In this document: in pieces, positions 18,245 through 28,961 of the stretch | How positions within the stretch are numbered: position 1 is the first letter of the stretch | How the letters are laid out: each line of letters starts with the position of its first letter | Origin: a virus | Taxonomy: Duplodnaviria > Caudoviricetes | Reading direction: 5' to 3' (one strand) | IMG/VR virus record: IMGVR_UViG_3300013121_000023 | Coordinates: 113,133 to 177,132 of that record | Length of the DNA: 64,000 nucleotides | Program-made: the position numbers and the translations under genes | The notes under the pieces: model-generated | Databases searched by the model: none | What the model was told of the DNA's origin: nothing | The model's input: the letters and a program-made list of their open reading frames with translations, nothing else

Positions 18245-20820
18245 AACCAGTCATCCTTCTTTTGGGGCGCGCTCCAACCATCGCCTTCTACAGACTCTTC
18301 TAGCTTAGATACCTGTTTGCGCAATCTACGCAACTTAGATATATCGGAGTCTTCTTTCCATTTCTTAGCTGCATCCAACTGAGACAGGGCCATCCTGCTT
18401 ATGTCTCTATCCCATACTGCGTTCGATACTGATTTGCCCAACAAACCAGCTATCTGTGTACCTGCCAATAGAGTTGCTAGTCCCCTAGTTTTTGGATTTT
18501 CAAATCCTCTTACGTAGGCTGGTACGGTCATCAGGGCTGATAGGCCGGCTTTTGGAGCGTTCTCTCTCAGATCTTCCACTGTTTGCCCTAGAAGGGATCT
18601 TCTAGCTACCTCTTCAAGAGCGTTTGCTTTAGCCGGGCTTTTATTAGCCTCAACCGCCAGATTTTTTATTAGACTAGGTGCGTAGCTCTCCGCCATAAGA
18701 CCACCTAGAGCACCAGCACCAGCACCAGCTAGTAGGCTAGTAGCGGTTGGTACAAATAGAGACGATCTTACGGTTCGTTCATCGACGTTTCTGTTGAGAA
18801 GATTGGGTAGCAGCGCACCGCTAAACATCCCCACTACTGGGTTTATAGCGCTAAAACCAACACGACCGGCACTGGCTAGTTGTAGGCGCAGTTTATTTGC
18901 CGCCAATTCGTTCTTACCCTCATCTGTCATCTTAAAGTTGGCGCTACCGGCTGTCTTTAGGAAACCTATAGACTTTTTGAAATCGTCCATAGGAACTGAA
19001 TCTATACGGCCTATTATGGTGTCTTTGTAGGCAGGACTACTGTGAGCTAGAAACATCTTCCTGGCTTCTCCCTCAGAGTTAAATCCTAGCATTACTTTGT
19101 TTTCGTCGAACTTGCCGTTCAACATTTGCTTTATGATGAATGCTTTATCAGCATTTTTGTTCGGGCCTAGATATACGTCTGTCTCCTCTCCGTCTTTGTC
19201 TTTCGTGCCAGGTATAAAGCCGTAGTCTGTCTTGTACTTTCTGGTCCAGGCAGGCAGACCGTTCTTACCGTCAAACTTCTGTAGGAATCCCTTTGGTCTA
19301 TCTACATGGACAGGAATTCCTTGAAATTCAGTTTTCTTGTGTACCTTGTCTGACGCTGTTTTCTCGTGCTGCGGAAGAAGATCTCTGAATTGCTTTATCA
19401 GGTCTTCTTTCTTTTGCGACATATCTGACAAGTACTCGTCAACTGCCTTATCAGGAGTTCTCTTTAGCCACTTTTCATTGAACCTGGTTATCAAACCTTT
19501 TGGCCGAACACCTAGGTAGTGCTCGATCAACACTTTTCTTTCTTCTGGGGGAAGATCTGCGTGGCTGCCGTATCTGGCCGCTCTACCTTCTAGTTGCTTC
19601 AGCTTTTCTCTGTTCCAGTGTGGGTCTAGTATCTGTACCAACCTGGTACCTTTCAGGTCCAACCCCTCACCGCCAGCAGATGACACCAACAGTGCTCGCA
19701 GCTTACCCTCGTTGTAATCACGCACCATTTGGTCTCGTTTACTGTGCGCTATATCACCCGTAAACTCACCGAAAGGTACACCAGCTTCTTGTAGCTTTGC
19801 TTTGTACGGGTTTATGCCCGATTCCAGCCAGTTCGAGTAAACCAGAGCCTTCGCCCTAGGGTTTTCATCGATCATTTTCTTTAGTGTTTCGAAGGCTTTG
19901 TCTATCTTAGGCTGGTGTATGACAGCATCTTCCTTGGAAAGCCCCGCTGTGGTGTTCACAGCTTGTCTGGCCGAACCAAGAAAGTTGTTCATCATGGCAG
20001 ACTCCTGCTTGCTGGGAGGCAGGCCTCTTTTGACCTTTGCGGCCACCCATGGGGGCGCTTGACCCATGAGGGTGTCATATAGCTTCAGCTGGTCAGGAGT
20101 AAGTTCTACCTGTACCTGCTTGGTCTCCACATCGGGAAAGTTGTCTTTTGTCCCCGGATGGTAGTCAACCCATTTACTGAACTTCTGTTTCAGTTCTGGT
20201 GCTTTTCTGTCGTAAAGAACCTGAATCGTTCCAGGCGTAGCTTGGTTTATATGCTTGTCCCAAAAAGACGGCTTCACTACCTTTTCAGTTATGTACGCAG
20301 ATTCGAAGTCTTTTCTGTCGTGCGGCAGTATCTTTGCATTAGCGGCAAGGTTTATGAGTGGAGCTATATCAGCTGGATGATTGTAGAAAGGGCTACCAGT
20401 AAGCAGAAGTCTCTTATCCGCCTGTGCCCCCAAGTTTTTTATTGCTCGAAAGGTAGCGCTACCTATGTCCCTAGCTCTGTGCGCTTCGTCCACAATCATA
20501 AGTGGGTTTTCTTCTGTGGTTCCTTTCGCAGCTAGATTCTGAATGCTCTCTATATGAGCCGGCTGCTTATGCCCCTTCAGATGCTTGGCCCTCTCTTTAG
20601 CGTAGTTGTCCCTAAGCGCGGCTGGAACAACAACGGTGCTAGGTACCCCCAGAGCATCTTGTGCAGCTATGCTTGAAAGAGTCTTACCGCTACCCAGACC
20701 ATGAACAACCAACAACCCAGGTTGGTCTTCTTTCTGAATGCGATCTACTACACGTTGTTGATGAGGCAACAACGGTGTTTTTACCTCAGCTATCTTTAGC
20801 AAATCGTCGAGTAGTCCCAT
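18244..20820 (-). CDS. SNF2-type helicase fused to pyrophosphatase-like and hydrophobic domains
   Basis: HGLGSGKT, DEAH, LLTGSP, GEGLDL, EGRAARYG; DYGFIPGT.DKDGEETDV...DENKVMLGF; standard end 18142. Confidence 0.85.
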
Positions 20821-20843
20821 AAAGGCATCATACCCGATTTGAG

Positions 20844-20881
20844 TAGCTAAAAAACACAAAGTTATGTTTCAAACTTTGTGT
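20844..20881 (-). terminator. Terminator with TTTAGCTA tail
   Basis: acacaaagtt/aactttgtgt stem next to TAGCTAAAAA. Confidence 0.65.
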
Positions 20882-20890
20882 CAAAGATGG

Positions 20891-21388
20891 CTACATGAAC
20901 CAAAGACCTTCGTCTTCTAGCGAAGCTACTTTTAGGTCTGTTACGTTAGTTGCTGTTACTGCTTTTATCACTGTCGTCTTTGTTATTCGCGCTTTCGTTG
21001 GTTTTCTTTTACGTACAAGAACATACTCTAGAAATGGTCTTGGATTATCTCTAAGGTAGTTATACACAGAATCCCATTCTTCTTTCGTCAAGCCGTATCT
21101 TGACGTTTTATAACTCGCATTAGCTGTCATTGCGTTCTTGAGTTGTAGCTCAAGGTCGAGCACGGCCCCCAATAGCTTATTGCGACAGTAACCACTTCGC
21201 CTTTCTGCTTCTCCCACTGTTATTATATTCGGCTTTGGTATCTTTATTCCCATAGACCTGGCTTTTACTATTATAGACCTTTCTGTTTTTGGGTACCCCA
21301 TTGCTCTAAGTGCTTGTTTAGCTGCGTTTACATTTGGCATCTTTGTTATTAGAACTCCTACCATAATAGGATTCCATCTGGTTTTCAT
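20891..21388 (-). CDS. Putative HTH DNA-binding protein
   Basis: KARSMGI...TVGEAERRSGY, similar to the 60923 ORF. Confidence 0.55.
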   Translation of the reverse strand: MKTRWNPIMVGVLITKMPNVNAAKQALRAMGYPKTERSIIVKARSMGIKIPKPNIITVGEAERRSGYCRNKLLGAVLDLELQLKNAMTANASYKTSRYGLTKEEWDSVYNYLRDNPRPFLEYVLVRKRKPTKARITKTTVIKAVTATNVTDLKVASLEDEGLWFM

Positions 21389-21924
21389 ACAGACCTCTTT
21401 TTGTTTGGGGCAAACGAAAATCTTGTTATCTGTGATTTAGCTATAGCGTATATTTCTTCTTGTGATTTGCCTTCAACTACAACATAATCGGTTATTAGGT
21501 AGTTTTTGTCACGCCTTCCTATGGCGCGTTTACCGCTAATTACAAAACTGTAGTTGTAAGTGTTTGCTATTACAGCGAGTTTGTTTTTATTCGCGACGTG
21601 CTCTAGTATGTATTCTGGTGCGAACACTTCTGTTAGGAATTCTGTGTCTATTATTCTACCTGCACTAATTGGTACTCCTGCGCCTACGTATACCGCAATA
21701 TATTTGCTTTCTGGTATACACAACTCGATAGACCTAGATACAGAATCGCTGTTTTCTTCGAAGAAAAACCAAAGCATCGCATGATTAAAAATTCTGTACA
21801 ATATCTCCATGCGTCTATTTGTGGATTCTTTAGCTGTTATGCTGATTGCTTTATGTACGTAGGCACTCAACTCTAGTACGCTATTTGCATCTTCTATAAG
21901 ATCTATAGTACTTCTGTTAGCCAA
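21385..21924 (-). CDS. Hypothetical protein
   Basis: Coupled ORF. Confidence 0.6.
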   Translation of the reverse strand: MANRSTIDLIEDANSVLELSAYVHKAISITAKESTNRRMEILYRIFNHAMLWFFFEENSDSVSRSIELCIPESKYIAVYVGAGVPISAGRIIDTEFLTEVFAPEYILEHVANKNKLAVIANTYNYSFVISGKRAIGRRDKNYLITDYVVVEGKSQEEIYAIAKSQITRFSFAPNKKRSV

Positions 21925-22262
21925 TCAGGTGCGCTCCATTTTGGCGGGTACACATCCACGTAATAGCCACGTATCTCTGCTAGTACTTCATTTGTTACTT
22001 CTATTATTTCCATTGTGTGATCGTTCAAGTCCATTTCATCGCAGTGTACGTATAGATATCCTTCTTTTCTATAAAACGTTCCGCTGTAACCTATATGTCC
22101 ACAAAACCGATAGCTTTCTACCGGGTACTCTATCCTTGTAAAAGCATCTACAAAGTAACCTATGTTCAGGTCGTCTGTAGCTGCGCCAGCATACTGTTCC
22201 AGCACTAGGTGTACATCTTTGTATATGGGTACCAGTGGTTCGTAATAGGTGAACTTGTGCAT
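21903..22262 (-). CDS. Hypothetical protein
   Basis: ORF downstream of the tRNA. Confidence 0.6.
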   Translation of the reverse strand: MHKFTYYEPLVPIYKDVHLVLEQYAGAATDDLNIGYFVDAFTRIEYPVESYRFCGHIGYSGTFYRKEGYLYVHCDEMDLNDHTMEIIEVTNEVLAEIRGYYVDVYPPKWSAPDWLTEVL

Positions 22263-22281
22263 CTTTTTAGCGTTTCGTTAG

Positions 22282-22353
22282 CGCGGGTAACGGGACTTGA
22301 ACCCGTACATAAGGATTTAGAATCCTATGCTCTACCAGTTGAGCTATACCCAC
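22282..22353 (-). tRNA. tRNA with CUA anticodon (amber suppressor type)
   Basis: GTGGGTA/TACCCGC-G73; TAGGA TT CTA AA TCCTT; canonical D and T arms. Confidence 0.85.
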
Positions 22354-22388
22354 ATGCCCAATGTCTTATAACAACATTGGGCTTATTT

Positions 22389-23054
22389 CTACATTTTTGG
22401 CACCGAGAAGCCTTTATCTCCTTGATACTTTCCGCCCTTGGCTGCATACGAAATTAGGGGCGCGACAGCAGTTCTGAAGAATAGAACCTGGCACACTCCT
22501 TCACCTATATACAGTTTGGCAGGTACGGGGTTGGCGTTCTGAATTTCCAACGTCAGTCTACCGTGCCATCCTGGTTCTATTGGGGTGATAAGCTGATTCA
22601 CGCCGCACCTAGCGTACGTAGACTTGCCTATGCACAGCCCCATTATATTTTCTGGCATTCGGAAGTATTCCAGTGTTTCACCGAATACAGTGGAGTTGCC
22701 AGGTATCCATACGTAAGAACCAGTAGGCCCTTCTTTTGGTAGTAGCTGCTGAAGTGGTGCGCCACCGTTTTTAGGGTCTACGTGCGTAGAGTCTGGCGTC
22801 CTAACGAACCACTTGTCCCCAGCAGTTATATCGTAGCCAACCGTAGATATACCACGGCTTATTATCTTCACATTGGTGAGTACGCCGTTGATATCCATTG
22901 GTTCCTGACGTACTGACTTCTTTAGATACGGAAAGACTATGGAGTTTTCTTCTTTGTCTAGAAGCTTTATGATTTCTCCATCAGTCAAGAGGCCAGATGG
23001 TTCACTACCGGTAAGGTGATTAAGCATGCGCTCAAAATCGTTGTCGTTCGCCAT
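22389..23054 (-). CDS. dcd: dCTP deaminase
   Basis: GKSTYARCG, PIEPGWHG.LTLEI, GEGVCQ, KYQG. Confidence 0.92.
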   Translation of the reverse strand: MANDNDFERMLNHLTGSEPSGLLTDGEIIKLLDKEENSIVFPYLKKSVRQEPMDINGVLTNVKIISRGISTVGYDITAGDKWFVRTPDSTHVDPKNGGAPLQQLLPKEGPTGSYVWIPGNSTVFGETLEYFRMPENIMGLCIGKSTYARCGVNQLITPIEPGWHGRLTLEIQNANPVPAKLYIGEGVCQVLFFRTAVAPLISYAAKGGKYQGDKGFSVPKM

Positions 23055-23478
23055 TTTTCTTGTCTCGTCCTTTTCATTTGCTCAGGAATATAAACCCGAG
23101 CCGCTTAAAGCTGTACCGCCTGGAGACGACAAAATAGTATCTATCAAAGAGGGAGACAAGGCACAGTTCGCAGGCCAGCTGTTTTCTTCTGATACGGCTC
23201 TACGTTGGGCCAATTTCTTGGAGCAGGCCCATGTCAGACTCCGTGTAGACGTAGAACGTGAACGCGCCATAGCTGCGGCCAAAGAACGTGCGCTAGAAGA
23301 GAAACTACGACTTGAGAAGCAACGTTCTGAGTTGTTGCTATCTGAGTACCAGAAACAAATAGATAGACTCACGAAACCTGACCCTTGGTACAAATCTCCA
23401 GTTGTTCCATTCATGGGAGGGGTTCTTACCATGACCATTGTGACGGTCACTGTTGTAGTTCTGGTTTCGAAGAACTAA
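23026..23478 (+). CDS. Exported coiled-coil protein with C-terminal TM helix
   Basis: Signal peptide, coiled coil, PWYKSP plus TM. Confidence 0.65.
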   Translation: MRSKSLSFAIFLVSSFSFAQEYKPEPLKAVPPGDDKIVSIKEGDKAQFAGQLFSSDTALRWANFLEQAHVRLRVDVERERAIAAAKERALEEKLRLEKQRSELLLSEYQKQIDRLTKPDPWYKSPVVPFMGGVLTMTIVTVTVVVLVSKN

Positions 23479-23657
23479 AAACATAAGGCCGGATATCCGG
23501 CCTTATGTTTACACTACATACCTGTTAAACCAAGACAAAGCCTCTTGTAGAGGCAGACCATCCGGTATGAACAGGTTTGCTTTTTTCGCCAGAGCATACA
23601 CAGATTGTACAGATGTTGGTTGTTCCACATCCATGTACTCTGTGTTGCTCGGCGCAC

Positions 23658-24842
23658 TAATTTTCCCTTTACGGACTCCACTACTGTAGAAGTTATAGAC
23701 TTTGCTGAGTCTATAACTTCCGCTATTTCCATGCCCAGCAGTTGGGCATTGGCCATGGCCTGCATGGCCACGAGCTTGGACAGCGTTTCTCTTACTTCTA
23801 TAGTTTCTTGCACTGTCCTGGCTGTATCATCAGCCATCTTGCTTGTTTCCCTTACAGCCACGGCCATGGAGTTGATAGCTTTGGCGATTTCATTTTGTTG
23901 ATTGAGCATAGCGATTTGAGTTGCCCCCAAATCCTCTAGCTTCTTAGCCATCTCAGATACGATGGCCAATATTTGTTGTGCAGCCCCACTCGCTGGAGCT
24001 GGAGCCGGTGTTGTGGCCTGTGGAACAGGCGGGGCTTCTGCGGCGGCTGGTGCTTCTACAGCCATCTTGGGCTTTCTAAGGCTCTTTTGCGCCGCCGTAG
24101 GCGCCGATGCAACAGACGCCGCTGTGGGCGCGGCTGGTGCGGCTGGTGCGGCTGGGGCCTGAGCGGGTGCTGTGGGTACGGAGGGGGTACTGTCTGCTAC
24201 TTCAGGAAGCACCCTCCCCTCCTTGGATGCATCCACTATGGCCGTTCTGACACTATCTGTAAAAAACTCTTTTCCTTTTGCCCTAAACAACTTTAGGGCC
24301 TGACTGGCGTAACTAACTTTCTTCGGGACTTCTAGCAGTATGAATTGAGGTGTGTAGGCGCCTATAGCGCTCATCATGCCCCTCAAATGTATCGGCGGTA
24401 TTGCCGCCAATACCTTTTCATCCAGCGGGGTTTCCCCAGCCATCTTGATGTATTCTTCCGGTGTCTTTGCTTCAGCTCTAACTGTCATGGTCATGGGCAA
24501 TCTCCTTTTTTGTACGGCTTTTGTGGCCAGAATCTTGTCTTTGTGCTCAGCATTCATAGCCAAGCAAACCAAAACTTGTGCGTCAACGCATTCGTAACAG
24601 GAGTAGGGGTCTCCGCTTGCTGCTGGGCATGTCAGCTGCGGTGATACCTGCCTCCATCTTTCCAGTAGAAAAGACATCAATTTATCTCTGATGCTATCTA
24701 CTGGGTTTCTTTCCCATTCTTCTAGATGTTCGTCGTTTTCTAGAAGAGAGATCAATCTTTCTTTAGCTAGTTCTTCATGGGCATCGTGTCCTAGTGACCT
24801 AGCGACCGTCACTAGCTCTTTTTTGTTAGCTTCTTCAAACAT
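23658..24842 (-). CDS. Hypothetical protein with Cys cluster, Ala/Pro linker and coiled coil
   Basis: Ends G GGA AAA TTA (standard end 23514). Confidence 0.7.
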
Positions 24843-25336
24843 CAAATCATGGTTGGTTGCAGTTCTGTTAGATCCATAGTTCTTATGTCGCATCTCCACA
24901 AGATAATTGTTGTTCTTTCTTGTGGCCCGAAACTTTTTGTGGCGATCACAATAAAGTTGTGCTCGTCATCTAGGTCTAGCACTTCTGCCATGGCGTCTTC
25001 AACGAATTTCACTCGGTTGCTTACGTCAACGTGCTTGTACCTGTTAGCTGCTTTCTTTGGCCACCCTTTGTTAATTATGTCCGGCATAAACAGCTGTATG
25101 ACGATACCGTAAGGGTGGTTCTTTTCTGGTGATTTAGTCTTGCTTAGCTGTTTGCTTATATCGTACTTAGCGTTGGTTTTAAAGTCTTTTAGAGCTTTTG
25201 ATGGAAAGCGTTTGTTACCTGAGCTTGGGTAGGCTTCGTTAATAGAAGGCGGCAGGTATCCAAGCTCTACTATCCACAGTCCTTCATCTGTCGAACTGAC
25301 GGTAGCCAAGGTTATTCTCTCTATTTGTTCCGCCAC
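24842..25336 (-). CDS. RusA-like Holliday junction resolvase
   Basis: PPSIN; DVSNRVK..EDA....LDDEH. Confidence 0.8.
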   Translation of the reverse strand: MAEQIERITLATVSSTDEGLWIVELGYLPPSINEAYPSSGNKRFPSKALKDFKTNAKYDISKQLSKTKSPEKNHPYGIVIQLFMPDIINKGWPKKAANRYKHVDVSNRVKFVEDAMAEVLDLDDEHNFIVIATKSFGPQERTTIILWRCDIRTMDLTELQPTMI

Positions 25337-25958
25337 TCTTTAGCTTTATCAACTCGATGTTTCTTGAGATTATTTTCATGGCAGATCCTAGTTCTTCACA
25401 TATAGATTCTAGCAGAATTTTGCTTTGAGTAAAATACTGTTCTTGTTCCAGCAGATCTTGGTAATCCGGGTTCAATAGTATGGCGTCTTGTACTTCTTCT
25501 GCGCTCATACCAGACCTTTTGCCTGCTACCTTATCGCCTCTCAATTCTTTTCTCAGCTTGGCCTCCAATATCTTCATAGCGTTTTGTACTTCTATGAGAC
25601 GGGCCTTTGTTTCAGCTAGATGCGGGCTTACATAAGATAGCCAAGCGTTAAACTTCACGAAACGTTCCGTATAGTCAGCCGTATTTGACCTTGATAGATC
25701 ATCGGGCATGAGCTTCGGCATTTCGTATTGTGGCGGCAAGTTATTCCTCGGGCTTGGTATACTCAGCTTCTCTAGATTTGCTATGACTTTTTCAGTTGTA
25801 GCCCATCTATTGAGTATCTCTTTCTTGAGGGACTCTCCACCGGCCGCCATCTCTTTTGATAGCTTGCCTAGTCCACCACCAGAGTTTGTTAGTGGCGTCC
25901 TGGTTACACCAGTAGCAACCGTATTTATGATAGGTATATCATCGTACTGACCGCTCAT
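25284..25958 (-). CDS. UvsY-like helical protein
   Basis: Helical bundle, S.EEV.DAI..NPDY; recombination cluster. Confidence 0.5.
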   Translation of the reverse strand: MSGQYDDIPIINTVATGVTRTPLTNSGGGLGKLSKEMAAGGESLKKEILNRWATTEKVIANLEKLSIPSPRNNLPPQYEMPKLMPDDLSRSNTADYTERFVKFNAWLSYVSPHLAETKARLIEVQNAMKILEAKLRKELRGDKVAGKRSGMSAEEVQDAILLNPDYQDLLEQEQYFTQSKILLESICEELGSAMKIISRNIELIKLKSGGTNRENNLGYRQFDR

Positions 25959-26716
25959 GTTCTTCCTTTCGTTAGCTTCACGATAAGATCGTTGTCCATC
26001 TCCCTTTTCAGCAAATAAGGAGGCTCGCATACCCACGAGTATTTACAGAACTCGCAGTGCGATCCATCCATTTTGATAGGTAGTGTTTTCTTTCTTTTAT
26101 GTTCATGAAATGAGAGTATTCTTTTGTATATCCTATCCCACAGCTTTTCATCGAAATCTACGAGATAGGCACCTTTGGAATTTGTTATTACCTGGCTGTT
26201 CTTGTTGTAATAAAGAAACCACATATGGCTAAGGCCGAGACACGCCATGTATACGTGTCCCTGTTCTATGTGGTCTGGCTGAGGACCAGACAGAATCTTG
26301 AATCCGTCGTTTGATATGGTCTTTATCTCTAGACCTACTCTTATGGGCTTACCTTCAGTGTGGAAAGTAAACACACCATCGCAGCTGGATACTATATCCA
26401 GCTCCTTAGCTATGGCACTAGTACTTGAGTCTATTCGCACTTCGGCTTCAAAAGACATGTATATATCTGGCGATTCGTTAGCCATGTCTTTAAACTGTCG
26501 CTGAAGCATATCGTGTACAGCGTGTCCTAGATCGAACCTACGCTTCCACATAACAGGCGTATGCCCGCGCTTCTCTTCACCTATCATTGTGTACACAGCT
26601 TGTCTGTGACACTTAGATATTTCCGAGGCATGTACGCCAGCATCTCTTTTGTCTTGGTCTTTCCTTTTAAGGAAATCATCGTATCTGTCACTTAGGCTTT
26701 CTATTAGACTTCTCAT
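25955..26716 (-). CDS. Cas4-like PD-(D/E)XK exonuclease
   Basis: HASEI.KC.R, G..H, D..EIKT, Q...YM, C..C.Y...C. Confidence 0.85.
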   Translation of the reverse strand: MRSLIESLSDRYDDFLKRKDQDKRDAGVHASEISKCHRQAVYTMIGEEKRGHTPVMWKRRFDLGHAVHDMLQRQFKDMANESPDIYMSFEAEVRIDSSTSAIAKELDIVSSCDGVFTFHTEGKPIRVGLEIKTISNDGFKILSGPQPDHIEQGHVYMACLGLSHMWFLYYNKNSQVITNSKGAYLVDFDEKLWDRIYKRILSFHEHKRKKTLPIKMDGSHCEFCKYSWVCEPPYLLKREMDNDLIVKLTKGRT

Positions 26717-27254
26717 CCGTATCTCCTATAGCTTTCAACCAGTCAGACTTTGACATGATTACGTAGGACTCGTCAGCGTCTCCGGTAGCTCTGTTAACGA
26801 ATTCAACTACTAGAGCTGACTTTTCATTACCTTTTGTAGCTGATTGAGCTTTGTGTAGAAGCCCTTTTGATACGCGGAAACTGTCAGCGGTCTGTACGCT
26901 TTTAAGCTCTACATTCCACTTACCTTTTTTGCGTACGTCTCCTTTGGCCCTAGGCGTAGCCCCTGATGCTGGTTGAAGCTTACCGCCAATTTCCTCGGCG
27001 AGTATCTTCTCTCGCTTCGTAGCTACCTTCCTTGTCCTGTGATCTGGGGCTATTCTACCCTTCTTCTTTTCTACGTTTATGTCAGAGAACTCCATACCTA
27101 TAGGTCTTGATACAATGCAGCCGCGACAGCAAACAAGCTCAGCTATGTCTGCTACCGTTTGTGCAGTTAGAAGATACGAATCAGCACGTTCTCTACCGCA
27201 AATAGGACAAGTACCGCTTTCAGGGAATACTTGTATGGTAAACGAAAACGACAT
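26688..27254 (-). CDS. PD-(D/E)XK resolvase-like nuclease with Zn ribbon
   Basis: CPIC..C..C; E..LA..GG..QPASGA..KGDV..VELKS. Confidence 0.7.
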   Translation of the reverse strand: MSFSFTIQVFPESGTCPICGRERADSYLLTAQTVADIAELVCCRGCIVSRPIGMEFSDINVEKKKGRIAPDHRTRKVATKREKILAEEIGGKLQPASGATPRAKGDVRKKGKWNVELKSVQTADSFRVSKGLLHKAQSATKGNEKSALVVEFVNRATGDADESYVIMSKSDWLKAIGDTDEKSNRKPK

Positions 27255-28465
27255 TCCACGTTCTTCCTGGTAAGAGTGAGGTCCATGAGCATGATTCGTA
27301 TTTCGGGCTCTTCCAACAAGTCTTCTATGTCTGACAGACTCTTGTAGGGGCCAAGCGGTGCATTGTTTCCATAGTTAACAACATCGTTTTTCATATTGAC
27401 GACATAGTATTTATCTTTGTCTTCTACGATAGCGCCTACACGCAAGGCTTCCGTAACCAGCAGCATGTCCTCTCTAGCGAAGTAGTCGTAACTGTAGTCG
27501 AATTCACCTGTAGCACCATCGTGTATACCTGCTTTACCTTTTGCTATAGTGAATTTTATTTCTTTACCTGTTTGTACCTTCTTCTTTTCTTTGGTGTTTT
27601 TGTCACGCTCTTCTTCTTTTTCTTTAGCGCCTACTTGAAGAGTTATGTGTACCAGTAGCGCATGCATCAAAGCACTTGGGCCTATGAATTTCCTTTCTGG
27701 AATAAACTTTTGCATTGGTCCAGGTGCATTGGCCCTATCCTTGTTGGCACGTACCTGACCTATGAACAGCAGAGAGGTTTCGTGACGGCTAGAGCTGAGT
27801 ATTCTGTTGTAGTAGTGCTGAAAGAACCTAGTAGTGACAGTCGCAAGGGCACCTTGTCTAGGGTCTTTTTCAAAACCCTTATCTTCGGTATCCATTTCAG
27901 CCGAGGGTGACAGCGCGTTGTAGCTGTCTATAGCTACTATTCCGTAGGCTCCAGAGTCTAGTATCGACAGTATGTTGTCGTAATACGCCTCGGCGTTATG
28001 ACCCTTGATTATGTCGAATCTTCCTATTTGTCTGTTGAATGCTTCTTTTTCTTCTTTAGTAAAAGGTGGAAGTCCGTTTTTAACTCTATGTGTTTCTCTT
28101 TCTTCAACCATTATCTTGGGTATAGCTATCTCAATACCCATACGACGCATCAGAAAGTAATCCCTAGGATGTTCTGTGCAGGCTAGAGCTATGTACGATT
28201 CATCACCGTATACTTTTTGATGCATTTTGAAAGTCATATCCAGAAGAAATGACTTACATGAATGCTCTACACCAGATATGAGTGACGGGCCTCCAGCTGG
28301 AAACCCGCCCCCAAGGGCTTCGTCTACGGTGATTATTCCTGTTGGTCTTCTTAGAAAGAACGCATTTGGTGCTTGGCTGCTAGGTACAACCAGACTCTCT
28401 TTGTCGTTGATCTTCTTGATGGCCGCTATGGCTGCTTTCGCTTTATCTTTCGACATGTTCGACAT
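27239..28465 (-). CDS. RecA/UvsX-like recombinase
   Basis: TG...D.ALGGGFP.G, IVAIDS, LLFIGQVR; TTA end (standard end 27167). Confidence 0.85.
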
Positions 28466-28533
28466 GTTGGCTCCTAAAAGAAACAACCCCTCTCCCATAA
28501 AAACTTATGACAGAGGGGTTGATTTGTTTTCGT

Positions 28534-28728
28534 TAAACGATTTATTGTCTCGAACGGCTCTGTACCACAGTTGTTGCACACCAGTACCCTGCCATGAACT
28601 TCCGGCCTGCTACCGCACTTAGGGCACTTATAAACGTCGGATGCAGTCTTAACACCTCTGTCGGTAGTTCCCATGGCCGTTTCATCGACCCCGTACTTAG
28701 ACATTTCCTCTTCCGATTTAGGTAGCAT
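28534..28728 (-). CDS. Small Zn-ribbon protein
   Basis: CPKCG...CNNCGT; TTA end (standard end 28474). Confidence 0.65.
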
Positions 28729-28961
28729 TCTTTCTTATCCTCCTTTGAGAGCCTGGTATAGAGGCTACCATAGCATTTTTTACCAGACCTTACCAGGTGC
28801 GCGACTCTTGGTATATTCACGAATTTACGTTTTCGTATTTCGTGATTAATGATGGCCGCTATAGCATCATATACCAATGTCACGGTATCTATATCTGTCG
28901 CAGATCTCTCAGATACCCGCTTCAGAAACTCTTTTTCGTTCTTTTGTATCTTACCTATCAT
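28650..28961 (-). CDS. HU/IHF-like DNA-binding protein
   Basis: EFL..VSE.S......V..V..AI...I...I....V.I pattern; first TTA at 28650. Confidence 0.55.

Noticed and set aside
25955-26716. CRISPR-Cas system
   Set aside because: Solo Cas4-like nuclease in a replication operon; no array or other cas genes seen.
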